Assembly (NCBI GenBank): GCA_030608565.1
Contig: JAUWDY010000004.1
Span: 14,103 to 78,102 of the forward strand
DNA length: 64,000 nt
Direction of reading: 5' to 3'
Source of the DNA: Candidatus Bathyarchaeota archaeon
GTDB taxonomy: Archaea; Thermoproteota; Bathyarchaeia; Bathyarchaeales; Bathyarchaeaceae
The notes under the pieces were generated by a model, which had not been told where the DNA came from, ran no database searches, and was given only the letters and a program-made list of their open reading frames with translations. Position numbers and translations under genes: made by a program. Shown here piece after piece: positions 19,408 through 27,560 of this stretch; positions within the stretch are counted from its first letter, which is position 1, and the number at the start of each line of letters is the position of its first letter.

Positions 19408-19545
19408 TGGTGCGGGGGGTGGGATTCGAACCCACGGAGGCCTGCGCCAGAGGATGTCTCAGGAGCCCAATGTTGTCCGCTTAAGTCCTCCCCCTTTTCC
19501 TAGGGGTGTCGACCCGCTATTTAGACCTGGCTCGGGTACCCCCGC
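19408..19545 (-). tRNA. tRNA-Leu(UAA) with two introns (D-loop and canonical 37/38) and encoded CCA
   Basis: Reverse complement: GCGGGGG-TA-CCC-GAGCCAGGTC[25-nt intron]AAAA-GGG-G-GAGGA-CTTAAG[24-nt intron]A-TCCTC-TGGCGCAGGCCTCC-GTGGG-TTCGAAT-CCCAC-CCCCCGC-A-CCA. 7-bp acceptor, class II variable arm, T-loop TTCGAAT, anticodon TAA at 19483-19481. Introns at about 19523-19499 and 19479-19456. An A/T-rich TATA-like box (aaatttaagttaaaa) lies about 25-40 nt upstream. Confidence 0.85.
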
Positions 19546-19731
19546 GTCTTTGTATTCAATCTGTGCGTTTTAACTTAAATTTTGCTTGCTATTGTAGTGA
19601 ATTCGGGAGTTTCTTTGCTTCAAAAGATGTGGTAGAACTTGGCGTAAGTCGTTGTTTTTGATCACAACATGTACGTGTTTTTCGACGGTTTTTTCTGTTG
19701 GATTGAAGGCTATTCCGAGGACTACTTTCTC

Positions 19732-20253
19732 TCATAAGAGTATGAGGGTTTCATCGTCGCCAACTGCTGCGCATTCTGTTAGTCTTGTGTTGAATTTTTG
19801 CAGCATGTGGTATAATGCTTTGTCTTTGTTGTGGAATGAGACGTTGACTTTTACATCGCCTGTGAGGAGTCCATTTTGAATGATTAATTCGTTGGCTATG
19901 GAATCGTCGACTTTTGTTTCTCGTTTGATTCTTTCTGTTATCAATGTTAAGCCCGCGCTTAGCAGAATTGTTTTGAGGTTGTTCTGTTTTAGCGTGGTTA
20001 TGACGTCTTGGGTTCCGTCTGTGTAGGGTATGTGATCAATTATTCGTTGAATTCTCTTTATGGGTAGGCCTTTCCAGAGTGAGGCGTCTAGTTTAGCCCA
20101 TTCTTCGTATGTGATGGTTCCTTGGTGAAACTGTTTAGCGTGTTGTTTACCTTTGTGCCATGTGCCTAGTTTTTCGTGTAGGAACTGCCAGCTGCTATTA
20201 ACCTTTATCAAGGTGCCGTCGACATCGAAAACTACTAGTTTGAGAGTTCCCAT
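19732..20253 (-). CDS. HAD-superfamily phosphatase (phosphoserine-phosphatase-like), ends at an in-frame TGA with homologous sequence continuing downstream
   Basis: Motif I VVFDVDGTL, motif II LLSAG, motif IV region AVGDDET. After the TGA at 19734-19732 the same frame reads EKVVLGIAFNPTEKTVEKHVHVVIKNNDLRQVLPHLL, the usual PSP C-terminus, down to TAA at 19572-19570. Confidence 0.8.
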   Translation of the reverse strand: MGTLKLVVFDVDGTLIKVNSSWQFLHEKLGTWHKGKQHAKQFHQGTITYEEWAKLDASLWKGLPIKRIQRIIDHIPYTDGTQDVITTLKQNNLKTILLSAGLTLITERIKRETKVDDSIANELIIQNGLLTGDVKVNVSFHNKDKALYHMLQKFNTRLTECAAVGDDETLILL

Positions 20254-20256
20254 TTG

Positions 20257-20357
20257 TGGTAAACCTCGTTAGAGTTGAGTTGTGTTAGTTTGGGTTGATG
20301 TGTTGTCACGCTATTTGCGTTTGTCTCTCTCTTTAGACCCCCCCTATAATTTTTTTA
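20257..20357 (-). repeat. copy B of the promoter-like G-tract/TATA core plus C/A-rich leader, directly upstream of the HAD gene
   Basis: Minus strand: aaaaaaattataggggggggtctaaagagagagacaaacgcaaatagcgtgacaacacatcaacccaaactaacacaactcaactctaacgaggtttaccacaaATG. Shares aaaaaaattatagggggg, gtcta.aagagaga and caaata.cgtgacaa.ac with copy A. Confidence 0.7.
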
Positions 20358-20481
20358 ATGAATTTATAGAGCGGTGTAGTTTGATGTGAGATTTTTGTGT
20401 TTGTTATGTTGTGATCTGTATTTTCAGTATTGATTTTCAGATCGTAAAGCATATTGTTTAGTCTTTTTTAACTAGGGCACG

Positions 20482-20709
20482 GTGGAAAACTTGAACAGGA
20501 TTCTTTTTACTACATGTAAAGAGTTGATTGACGATGCTAAGCTGGGGTGTATTGACATGGTTTTCAAGGATTTATGTATTGAAATTCTGGCGAAGGCGAA
20601 GTTGGTCTTGTCAGACGAACAGTTTGAGGAGCTGTCTTTATACGTGGCGGAGCGATTGAAGGAGAAGTTAATGAGGAATCCGAGGCATCGTGAAAGGATT
20701 CATGTGTAA
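20482..20709 (+). CDS. hypothetical small helical protein (GTG start)
   Basis: A 75-codon ORF in a C-poor stretch, where stop codons should be frequent, so it is unlikely to be open by chance. No family recognised. Confidence 0.4.
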   Translation: MENLNRILFTTCKELIDDAKLGCIDMVFKDLCIEILAKAKLVLSDEQFEELSLYVAERLKEKLMRNPRHRERIHV

Positions 20710-21495
20710 CTAGTTTTTCATTTTGTCTGCTGTTCTCAATCATCAGTTTTTTGCATCACTGTGCTATAACAGTTCGAAGAGTTGCAGTTTGTGCGTTAAA
20801 GCAGTTCTGACGGAAAGTCGATCGGTTACAACAGAGATTCCTTTTTCTGTGCATGGAAAAGTCCAGAGAGCGTACTTGTCTTACGCTGTAAGAAAAAACA
20901 GAAAGAAATCTTTTATTGGCACTTTTAGTTGTTGCTTGTTATTTGTCCTATGAGGTGGACGTACTCTCTGATCGCCTTTTTCCGCTCTTCGCCATCGTCG
21001 CTGGAATCAATGAACCTTCGCAACCGAAACGCACGACGTTTCAAACTTTGAATGTTCAAAAACATCTCCCTCGTTGAAAGACTCTTCTTACCCGCTCTAC
21101 AAACCTCACTTATAAGCGTTATGCTGTTCGAATCCGATTCACTAATCAGTTTTGTTTTGCAACCTCAAGGGTCAGCAAAATTGTATTGTTTCTCGAATGT
21201 TAATTTGAAACCGCGATTCAAGATTTCTATGCTGAATTGGAGATGAAAAAGAAGTCAAAAAGGTTGCACGAGTTCTTCGGAATCACGAAGGTAGCTAAGA
21301 AGTTCGATCGTTGTTCGGGAAGGTTTCGCATCAACATAAGCTGCAAGACAGTCACAGACCTGACGCCGCGAGCACTGGCGGTGATAAAAGCCTTTGAAAT
21401 AGGCATACCAGGAACGCGAACGCACACTCTACGACAACGTCGAACTGCGCTTACGGCCACAAGACACCGTGTACATCACAAAAGTTTGAATCGGC

Positions 21496-21837
21496 TTAGC
21501 AAGTTAGATGTAGTGCGGCTATTACTTTTTTCCCCGATTCTACGAGGCGATTGTACGTCGTACAGGCGTCTCGTGTTTTCTGGGCTATCAACTCAACTCC
21601 CTTAGATTTGAGGAATTCAACGGTTTCAGCTGGGATTTTGACAAACCCGTAGTAGCCTGTGCCTACGACCAGCACTTCTGGTTTCTCTTTAACCACAGCC
21701 TCTATGTCTTCTATTTGCAATTGATGTCCTTCTTTTCTCCACCAGTTGTCTTTAACTCGGTCGGAAAATATGATCACGTCGTTGGTGTAACGTTTTCCGT
21801 TTATGGTGATGCGGCCGAAACCGTAGGAATCAATCAT
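21496..21837 (-). CDS. MTH938/NDUFAF3-like (DUF498) domain protein
   Basis: From internal Met: MIDSYGFGRITINGKRYTNDVIIFSDRVKDNWWRKEGHQLQIEDIEAVVKEKPEVLVVGTGYYG.. matches the MTH938-family pattern (F.G.I.I.G..Y..DVII......W.....H.L...D........PEVLVIGTG..G). Confidence 0.75.
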   Translation of the reverse strand: MIDSYGFGRITINGKRYTNDVIIFSDRVKDNWWRKEGHQLQIEDIEAVVKEKPEVLVVGTGYYGFVKIPAETVEFLKSKGVELIAQKTRDACTTYNRLVESGKKVIAALHLTC

Positions 21838-22217
21838 GTTGCAGCTTCTCACTAAAATTATTTGGTTGTTTTTCGTCCTTCCCCAATATGAATTTATTGT
21901 TCCATAACGTTTCTTTATGTGGGCGTGTGGAAAGGGTTGGCTAGGAGGGTTAGGCGGCCTAGAGTCTTTAACCGTGCGGAGTGTAAGGGCTGTATAATGA
22001 AGGGGAGCGCCTACTGTTGGAGGCAGTGTCCGTACAACGTCTGGCGTCGAAGACAAATCGAATGATCAACTCATTTTCCAATTAGAATAAGGAATAGAAG
22101 TTGTTGAACGCACCTAATTGATAATTGAAGGGGAAAGAAGCTTCAGGATCCGTATGAGAAACGTTTTTAACCGTAAGCCAAACTGATTTGGTTTCGGTGG
22201 AAAGAGGATACTGACCC

Positions 22218-23195
22218 ATGAATTTGAATGACATTGAAGTGAAATCAGTCACTAGACGTTTCGAAGACACCGTAGCTGTGGACAACGTATCGATGAACGT
22301 TGCCAGAGGAGAACTCTTCGGCTTGTTAGGACCGAATGGCGCTGGAAAGTCCACGCTTACAAAGATGCTCTGTGGAATGATAAACCCTACTTCAGGCACA
22401 ATCAAAGTTGGAGGATACAACATTCAAGATCACCCCATGAAAGTGAAAGAACTACTCGGCGTTGTTCCCCAAGACATTGTTCTATACGATTACATGAATG
22501 CTCGCGAAAACCTTGCCTTTTTCGGAAAACTTTACGGATTGTCAGGAGGCAAACTTAGGAATAGAATTGAGGAACTTTTGATTTTCACTCAGCTGGACGA
22601 AAAAGCTGTGAAACGCCGCATTTCCACTTACTCGGGCGGCATGAAACGTCGCATCAATATAGCTGCTGCCCTTCTACATGAGCCCCAAGTTATCCTGTTG
22701 GACGAACCAACCGCCGGGCTCGACCCCAAAAACAAGCTAGCTCTCTGGGAAATAATTCGGACTTTAAACAAGGAAGGAAAAACCATAATGTTAACAACCC
22801 ACATGATGGATGAAGCAGAAGAACTGTGCAATCAAGTGGCGATTATGGACAAGGGCAAAATCATCGCGCTAGGCAGCCCTCGTCAACTCACTAAAAAAGT
22901 CAAAATGGAAAATACCATAACAATACTTCCAGACAAAATAACCTCGAAGCTAATGGAAGCGACACAGAAGATTTCTGGAGTGAAAAGCTCATATAGAGCC
23001 TATGATGAAAGTGAAAAAATCGAAACACTAAAAATAATCACAGAAAGAGCGGAGGACATCCTTCCAGACTTGGTATCAGCCATCTCCTCTGTGGGAACAA
23101 AAATTTTATCCGTTGAACTTTCACGCGTCACCCTTGAAGACGTGTTCATTTCACTCACAGGACGAAGCTTGAGAGAAGAAGAGGAACAAGTATGA
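22218..23195 (+). CDS. ABC transporter ATP-binding protein (ABC-2/DrrA-like)
   Basis: Walker A GPNGAGKST, signature YSGGMKRR, Walker B ILLDEPTAGLD, H-loop TTHMMDEA. Confidence 0.9.
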   Translation: MNLNDIEVKSVTRRFEDTVAVDNVSMNVARGELFGLLGPNGAGKSTLTKMLCGMINPTSGTIKVGGYNIQDHPMKVKELLGVVPQDIVLYDYMNARENLAFFGKLYGLSGGKLRNRIEELLIFTQLDEKAVKRRISTYSGGMKRRINIAAALLHEPQVILLDEPTAGLDPKNKLALWEIIRTLNKEGKTIMLTTHMMDEAEELCNQVAIMDKGKIIALGSPRQLTKKVKMENTITILPDKITSKLMEATQKISGVKSSYRAYDESEKIETLKIITERAEDILPDLVSAISSVGTKILSVELSRVTLEDVFISLTGRSLREEEEQV

Positions 23196-24454
23196 AGCTC
23201 AAGAGAACGATACATCAAGTATTCGCAATTGCAAAAACAGACTTTCTTGGAATTACACGAAACAAAACCGCCATCTTCTTCACATTACTCTTCCCTCTGT
23301 TTTTCCTGATCATAATTGGCTTCACGTTCGGCACTCAAGGCACAGGAGAAACAAGCCGCATCCACGTCGGAACAGTCAACTTCGACGGAGAAATGATCGT
23401 TGTAAATAACACTGATTCTCAAAACAGTACAATTGGAGACGACTTTGTTCAAGCGCTGAAAGACGCCAACTTCACGGTTTACGAATACAGTACGTACGGC
23501 GATAAAGACACCAATGGCACTGCTGCATATGACATTAGTCGCGGGCAGATCAAAATTGCCATAGTTATACCAGCCAACTTTACAGAAGCGCTCTCTTACC
23601 AATATACAGACAGCCTGGGAACGCCAATTCCAACAAAGGCCAGCCTTGATCTCTACACAGACCCAAGCGACCCTACAGGCTCTCTAATTGCACAGCAAAG
23701 CGTATTCGGCTTCATCTTTGGATTCATAGACCATTATCAAAGCATTGTGATTGGTCAACTTCCAGAAAGTTTTCGGGATTATGCTAAGGTTCTCGCCGAC
23801 CCGGTTACAGTTTCAACCAGTGAAGCAGATGTTTCTGGACGCCAGCTAAGGTGGATTGACTACATGGTTCCAGGCACACTAGGCCTTGTCCTCCTTTGGA
23901 GCGGGTTAAATCATGCTTCTGTGGCCATTGCAGATGAGCGTGCAAAAGGAACTTTTCAGCGAATGATTATCGCGCCGGTTTCTTCCATAACTGTTCTAGC
24001 GGGGAAGTTCGTCTCATGCCTAGCAATCGTCTATTTATCTGCAGTCATCATGCTTGCTACTGGAGTACTTCTTTTCCAGGTTAATCTCTATTGGAATATT
24101 CCGGCAATTGTTTTGACAGTCTTTTTAGGTGCACTTTCTGCAATTGGCCTCGGACTAGTAATTTCGTCTCTTGCAAAAAACGTCCAAGCTGCCGATGCTA
24201 TCACACATTTAATCACAGTTCCACTCCAATTTTTCATCGGGGCTTTCTTCCCACTTTCTATAATGCCAGAACCAGCTCAAATCTTCGGCGAGGCTCTTCC
24301 GTTCACAAAACTAGTCTATGCGATGCAGGGTATTATGACCAAAAATCTTCCATTTGAAGCGGTAATACCAGAAATCCTCTACATGACGATCTCCGGTCTG
24401 ATTCTATTTACCTTAGGAATAATAGCATATCGGCTATCTCTTAAGAGGCTCTAA
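23192..24454 (+). CDS. ABC-2 type transporter permease with large extracytoplasmic loop
   Basis: 4-nt overlap with the ATPase gene. N-terminal TM helix, about 180-aa loop, then 5 C-terminal TM helices. Paralog of 43479-44675. Confidence 0.85.
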   Translation: MKLKRTIHQVFAIAKTDFLGITRNKTAIFFTLLFPLFFLIIIGFTFGTQGTGETSRIHVGTVNFDGEMIVVNNTDSQNSTIGDDFVQALKDANFTVYEYSTYGDKDTNGTAAYDISRGQIKIAIVIPANFTEALSYQYTDSLGTPIPTKASLDLYTDPSDPTGSLIAQQSVFGFIFGFIDHYQSIVIGQLPESFRDYAKVLADPVTVSTSEADVSGRQLRWIDYMVPGTLGLVLLWSGLNHASVAIADERAKGTFQRMIIAPVSSITVLAGKFVSCLAIVYLSAVIMLATGVLLFQVNLYWNIPAIVLTVFLGALSAIGLGLVISSLAKNVQAADAITHLITVPLQFFIGAFFPLSIMPEPAQIFGEALPFTKLVYAMQGIMTKNLPFEAVIPEILYMTISGLILFTLGIIAYRLSLKRL

Positions 24455-24573
24455 GTTCACACGGCAAAAAATATTCTTTGTGCGGGTGAACCGTGCACGA
24501 TTTCAACAAAGCATGGGTGCCTTTTATAGAAACTTTATAGTTGGCAGCACAATTACCCTGTTCGGTGACGGTT

Positions 24574-25266
24574 ATGAAACGACTCGACCTGAAATTGATT
24601 CCCGTGTTAGAGGAGAAATATGGCCCGTTCTGGTGGCCAGCCGACATGTATCCTGAAGACTTGTCAACCAATCCTTTCAAACACGTAATAATTACCGTTC
24701 TTTCTCAGAACACAAGCGAAGTCAACTGCATCAGAGCGTACAAAGGGCTGGCCGCCAAATTCGAGATTACACCAGAAGTTCTGGCACGCGCAGATCAGGA
24801 AGAGTTGAAAGAGGCTATCAGAAGCGGCGGTCTCTACAATGTGAAATCAAAACGAATCAAACAGCTTTCAAAGGTGATCTTAGAAAAATTTGGAGGCGAC
24901 CTCAAATCTGTTCTTTCCCTTCCAAAAGAGGAAGCAAAAAAGAAACTCATGGAGTTGCCTGGAATCGGAAACAAAACTGCAGATGTGCTGTTGACAGTCA
25001 CCTACTCTTACCGAGAGGTTATTCCTGTTGATACTCATTATGACAGATTAGCCAAGCGACTGGGTCTAGTAAAACAAAATGCAAAATACGACGAAATCCA
25101 AAAAGCATTGATTGATTTCATACCTAAACAAAAACGGGATAGAGTAGCTGGTTTGCTTTGGCTCCTCGCCAAACACACTTGTAGAGCTCAAAACCCGAAA
25201 TGTTACGAGTGCCCCATTAGCCCTTTGTGTGCCTATGAAAAGAAGACTGTGCTTATGAGCAAATAG
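24574..25266 (+). CDS. nth: endonuclease III-like HhH-GPD DNA glycosylase with Fe-S cluster loop
   Basis: FKHVIITVLSQNTSE, HhH LPGIGNKTADVLL, VDTH, and C-terminal CxxxxxxCxxCxxxxxC (CRAQNPKCYECPISPLC). Start taken at MKRLDL (24574). Confidence 0.85.
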   Translation: MKRLDLKLIPVLEEKYGPFWWPADMYPEDLSTNPFKHVIITVLSQNTSEVNCIRAYKGLAAKFEITPEVLARADQEELKEAIRSGGLYNVKSKRIKQLSKVILEKFGGDLKSVLSLPKEEAKKKLMELPGIGNKTADVLLTVTYSYREVIPVDTHYDRLAKRLGLVKQNAKYDEIQKALIDFIPKQKRDRVAGLLWLLAKHTCRAQNPKCYECPISPLCAYEKKTVLMSK

Positions 25267-25351
25267 AACAGTAAATTCTTATCGATACGTACTGTATTGC
25301 ATCGACGTCGGTCTCATCGAAATTGACCACATCGAACAAACAAAGTCCTTC

Positions 25352-25501
25352 TCACCACTCGAAGTTTTCGTCTGCGATGTGACGCCAGCAGCGTCGACAG
25401 ATGGGTAACTGTCTGTCCTTATAGTGAATGTAGACTTCGATACCCGTGTTTTTGCACAGGCCGTTCCAAGGGTTTCCACAGTGTTCAGTTGAGGTTTTCA
25501 T
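25352..25501 (-). CDS. small cysteine-rich (zinc-binding?) protein, 49 aa
   Basis: Own translation: MKTSTEHCGNPWNGLCKNTGIEVYIHYKDRQLPICRRCWRHIADENFEW. A different frame from the 25279-25479 ORF in the track. Confidence 0.4.
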   Translation of the reverse strand: MKTSTEHCGNPWNGLCKNTGIEVYIHYKDRQLPICRRCWRHIADENFEW

Positions 25502-25761
25502 CAAGTGTCCCCTACGATGATTGTTTCAGCCTAGTGTGCATTTAAAACACTCGATTTGACAACAACTCGTAAAGCGGAGAGAGCAGGATGGAAGTAAAAG
25601 CGTCTTTTTTCAGCAATATTGTCTTTCAACTCCATTTGCTACTGAATTACAGTTGGAAGAAATGTGGAAGCATTCTTCAGCCCCCTAGCAACTTGAGGTT
25701 GGTTGGAGGATTAATTTTTTCTCATCGGATTCTATTGGCTCATTGTCAGCTAACCTTTCGC

Positions 25762-26955
25762 CTAAGGTTGTTTATGCATGTTTAGCCAAATGAGCAGTAA
25801 TGCCGCGGCTACGGATATTGCTGCTGATACTATGAAGCTGTATTCTAGTCCGTATTGAACAGCCACGCCTGCTGTGATCAACGGTGCTATTCCTTGTCCA
25901 ACGTCTATTCCCATCATGTAAAGCGAGTTTGCAAGTATGTTTCTAGAAGGTTGAATGTGTTCTGCGATAAGCATGGAGCCTACGGGGAAGAGTACTCCTT
26001 GAATTGCGCCGATTGAAGCGAAAATTCCTGCAAAAACGAAATTATTTGTGAAAATCGCTAAGGCGAAAGAAAATAACGCTGCAAATACTGTGCTGAGAAT
26101 CATAAGCGTTGACTTGCTCACTCTTCCGATAATTCTCCCTATGGCAAGACGCGTAACAGTGGTTGCAGTGTAGTATAGGAGGAAGAGCACGGAAATATAT
26201 TCATTGCTAAAATGAAGGGTTTCTTTCGCGTAAAGTGGGGCATAGGCTAATATCACTCCGAAAATAACGAAGAAAGCAAAAATTCCAATAAAAGCAGTGC
26301 CAAACCCTTTGTTACGCATAATTCCTGAAACCTTACTTTTGAGGGGTTCTCTGTCTGCAGCCACGTCGATAATTTGCCAGTTCTTTTCAATTGAGGAAAA
26401 CTTCTTGTTGAGAAAGAGGGCAGCAGAAATTCCAATGAAGCCCATCAAGCTGGCAAAGTAAAACGTGTTTGAAACGCCAAACAATGGAATGGAAAACGTT
26501 GTGATTGCTGGTCCAGCTAGTAAGCCGAGGCTTAAAGATGCAGTGTAAGTGCCCACGCCTCTATCTCTCTCAACACTTGAGATTGTTAAAGCAGCCAAAA
26601 TTAGGGATGCGGTTCCGATAAAAGCGTAAGCGAAACCTTGCAAGGCACGCAAAACGATTAGCATGAGGATGCTGTCTGTTAGAGGGTAAAGCGCTGGGCA
26701 GATGGAAAAAATTACAAAGGCAAACAGCAAAAAAGTTATTGTTTTTTTCCCACCCGCAAAAACGCCTAAAGGAATTTTGACTAGAGCAGAAGTGATAAAA
26801 AACACAGCTGTTACTAAACCAATCATTTCAACAGGTGCGTTTGTTATGTCTTTCACGTAAATCGATAGTATGGGTGCAATAACTGAGGAAGAGGCTATAT
26901 AGCTGAAACCAATCATGCAAATTATTAAATGTGGGGTTAAATGCAACTTTTTCAA
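25762..26955 (-). CDS. MFS transporter
   Basis: 397 aa, about 12 TM helices, with a G....GR..D-like loop after TM2. General MFS architecture. Confidence 0.8.
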   Translation of the reverse strand: MKKLHLTPHLIICMIGFSYIASSSVIAPILSIYVKDITNAPVEMIGLVTAVFFITSALVKIPLGVFAGGKKTITFLLFAFVIFSICPALYPLTDSILMLIVLRALQGFAYAFIGTASLILAALTISSVERDRGVGTYTASLSLGLLAGPAITTFSIPLFGVSNTFYFASLMGFIGISAALFLNKKFSSIEKNWQIIDVAADREPLKSKVSGIMRNKGFGTAFIGIFAFFVIFGVILAYAPLYAKETLHFSNEYISVLFLLYYTATTVTRLAIGRIIGRVSKSTLMILSTVFAALFSFALAIFTNNFVFAGIFASIGAIQGVLFPVGSMLIAEHIQPSRNILANSLYMMGIDVGQGIAPLITAGVAVQYGLEYSFIVSAAISVAAALLLIWLNMHKQP

Positions 26956-26980
26956 TAGGCATACGCCGCTGTCTTAAGTT

Positions 26981-27451
26981 TTATCCAGTTAGACGGGAAT
27001 ATCTAAACAGGAAATCCCACCATTTCTCGTCTTTAACTTTCTCGCCTTCGCAAACAAGTTCATACATACGCTTTATTATTGCATGATGCTTCTTTTCATC
27101 GCTAATTATTTCTTGAAGAATAAACCTTATACGTTTATCCTCTGTCTTATCAACAATTTTCTCGAAACCCTCAAGCATTTCTCGCTCAACTTCAGCATGC
27201 TTTTCAATAGTTTTGCGGAATTCTTCGCCTTCGCATTTAAACCATTCTTTTGAAGGAGGTTCTAGCAATGTTAAAACGGCTTTTAACATTTTTTCATGTT
27301 TCATTGAGCCCAAGGCAAGTTGACAAAGCAGAAGCTGGATAACCGTGTTGCTTGTTTTTTCCATCGAATCTTGTAGAAGTTCCACGGCCTTTTTCTCATT
27401 TTCAATCCGTTTCTCAATAATCCTCTTAAACTCTTGCTTGTCCATTGACAA
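26981..27451 (-). CDS. ferritin-like (rubrerythrin/DUF2202-like) four-helix protein
   Basis: Metal-site-like motifs LGSMKHEKM, EKHAEVEREM, SDEKKHHAII. Clear paralog of 47553-48032, including the C-terminal WW. Confidence 0.55.
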   Translation of the reverse strand: MSMDKQEFKRIIEKRIENEKKAVELLQDSMEKTSNTVIQLLLCQLALGSMKHEKMLKAVLTLLEPPSKEWFKCEGEEFRKTIEKHAEVEREMLEGFEKIVDKTEDKRIRFILQEIISDEKKHHAIIKRMYELVCEGEKVKDEKWWDFLFRYSRLTG

Positions 27452-27560
27452 AATGATCCCTTGAACCCATTTTGAACAGCAATTCTATTTAAACATTTCA
27501 AAGACTCATGCTCAATTGCAGTAGCATCAATGCAACGTATGAAAATTAGACATATTTTTG

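Noticed and set aside
21838-22056. N-terminal 73-aa extension of ORF 21496-22056
   Set aside because: The proline-rich low-complexity sequence (TLPPTVGAPLHYTALTL..PPNPPSQPFPH) is not part of MTH938-family proteins. The family alignment starts at the internal Met (21837).
22082-22423. 113-aa minus-strand ORF overlapping the start of the ABC ATPase gene
   Set aside because: It is antisense to a gene with unmistakable Walker A and signature motifs, so it is a shadow ORF. The same reasoning rejects the many antisense or alternate-frame ORFs inside thrS, proS, the helicase, MFS, GDH, IscS, FprA and the protease.
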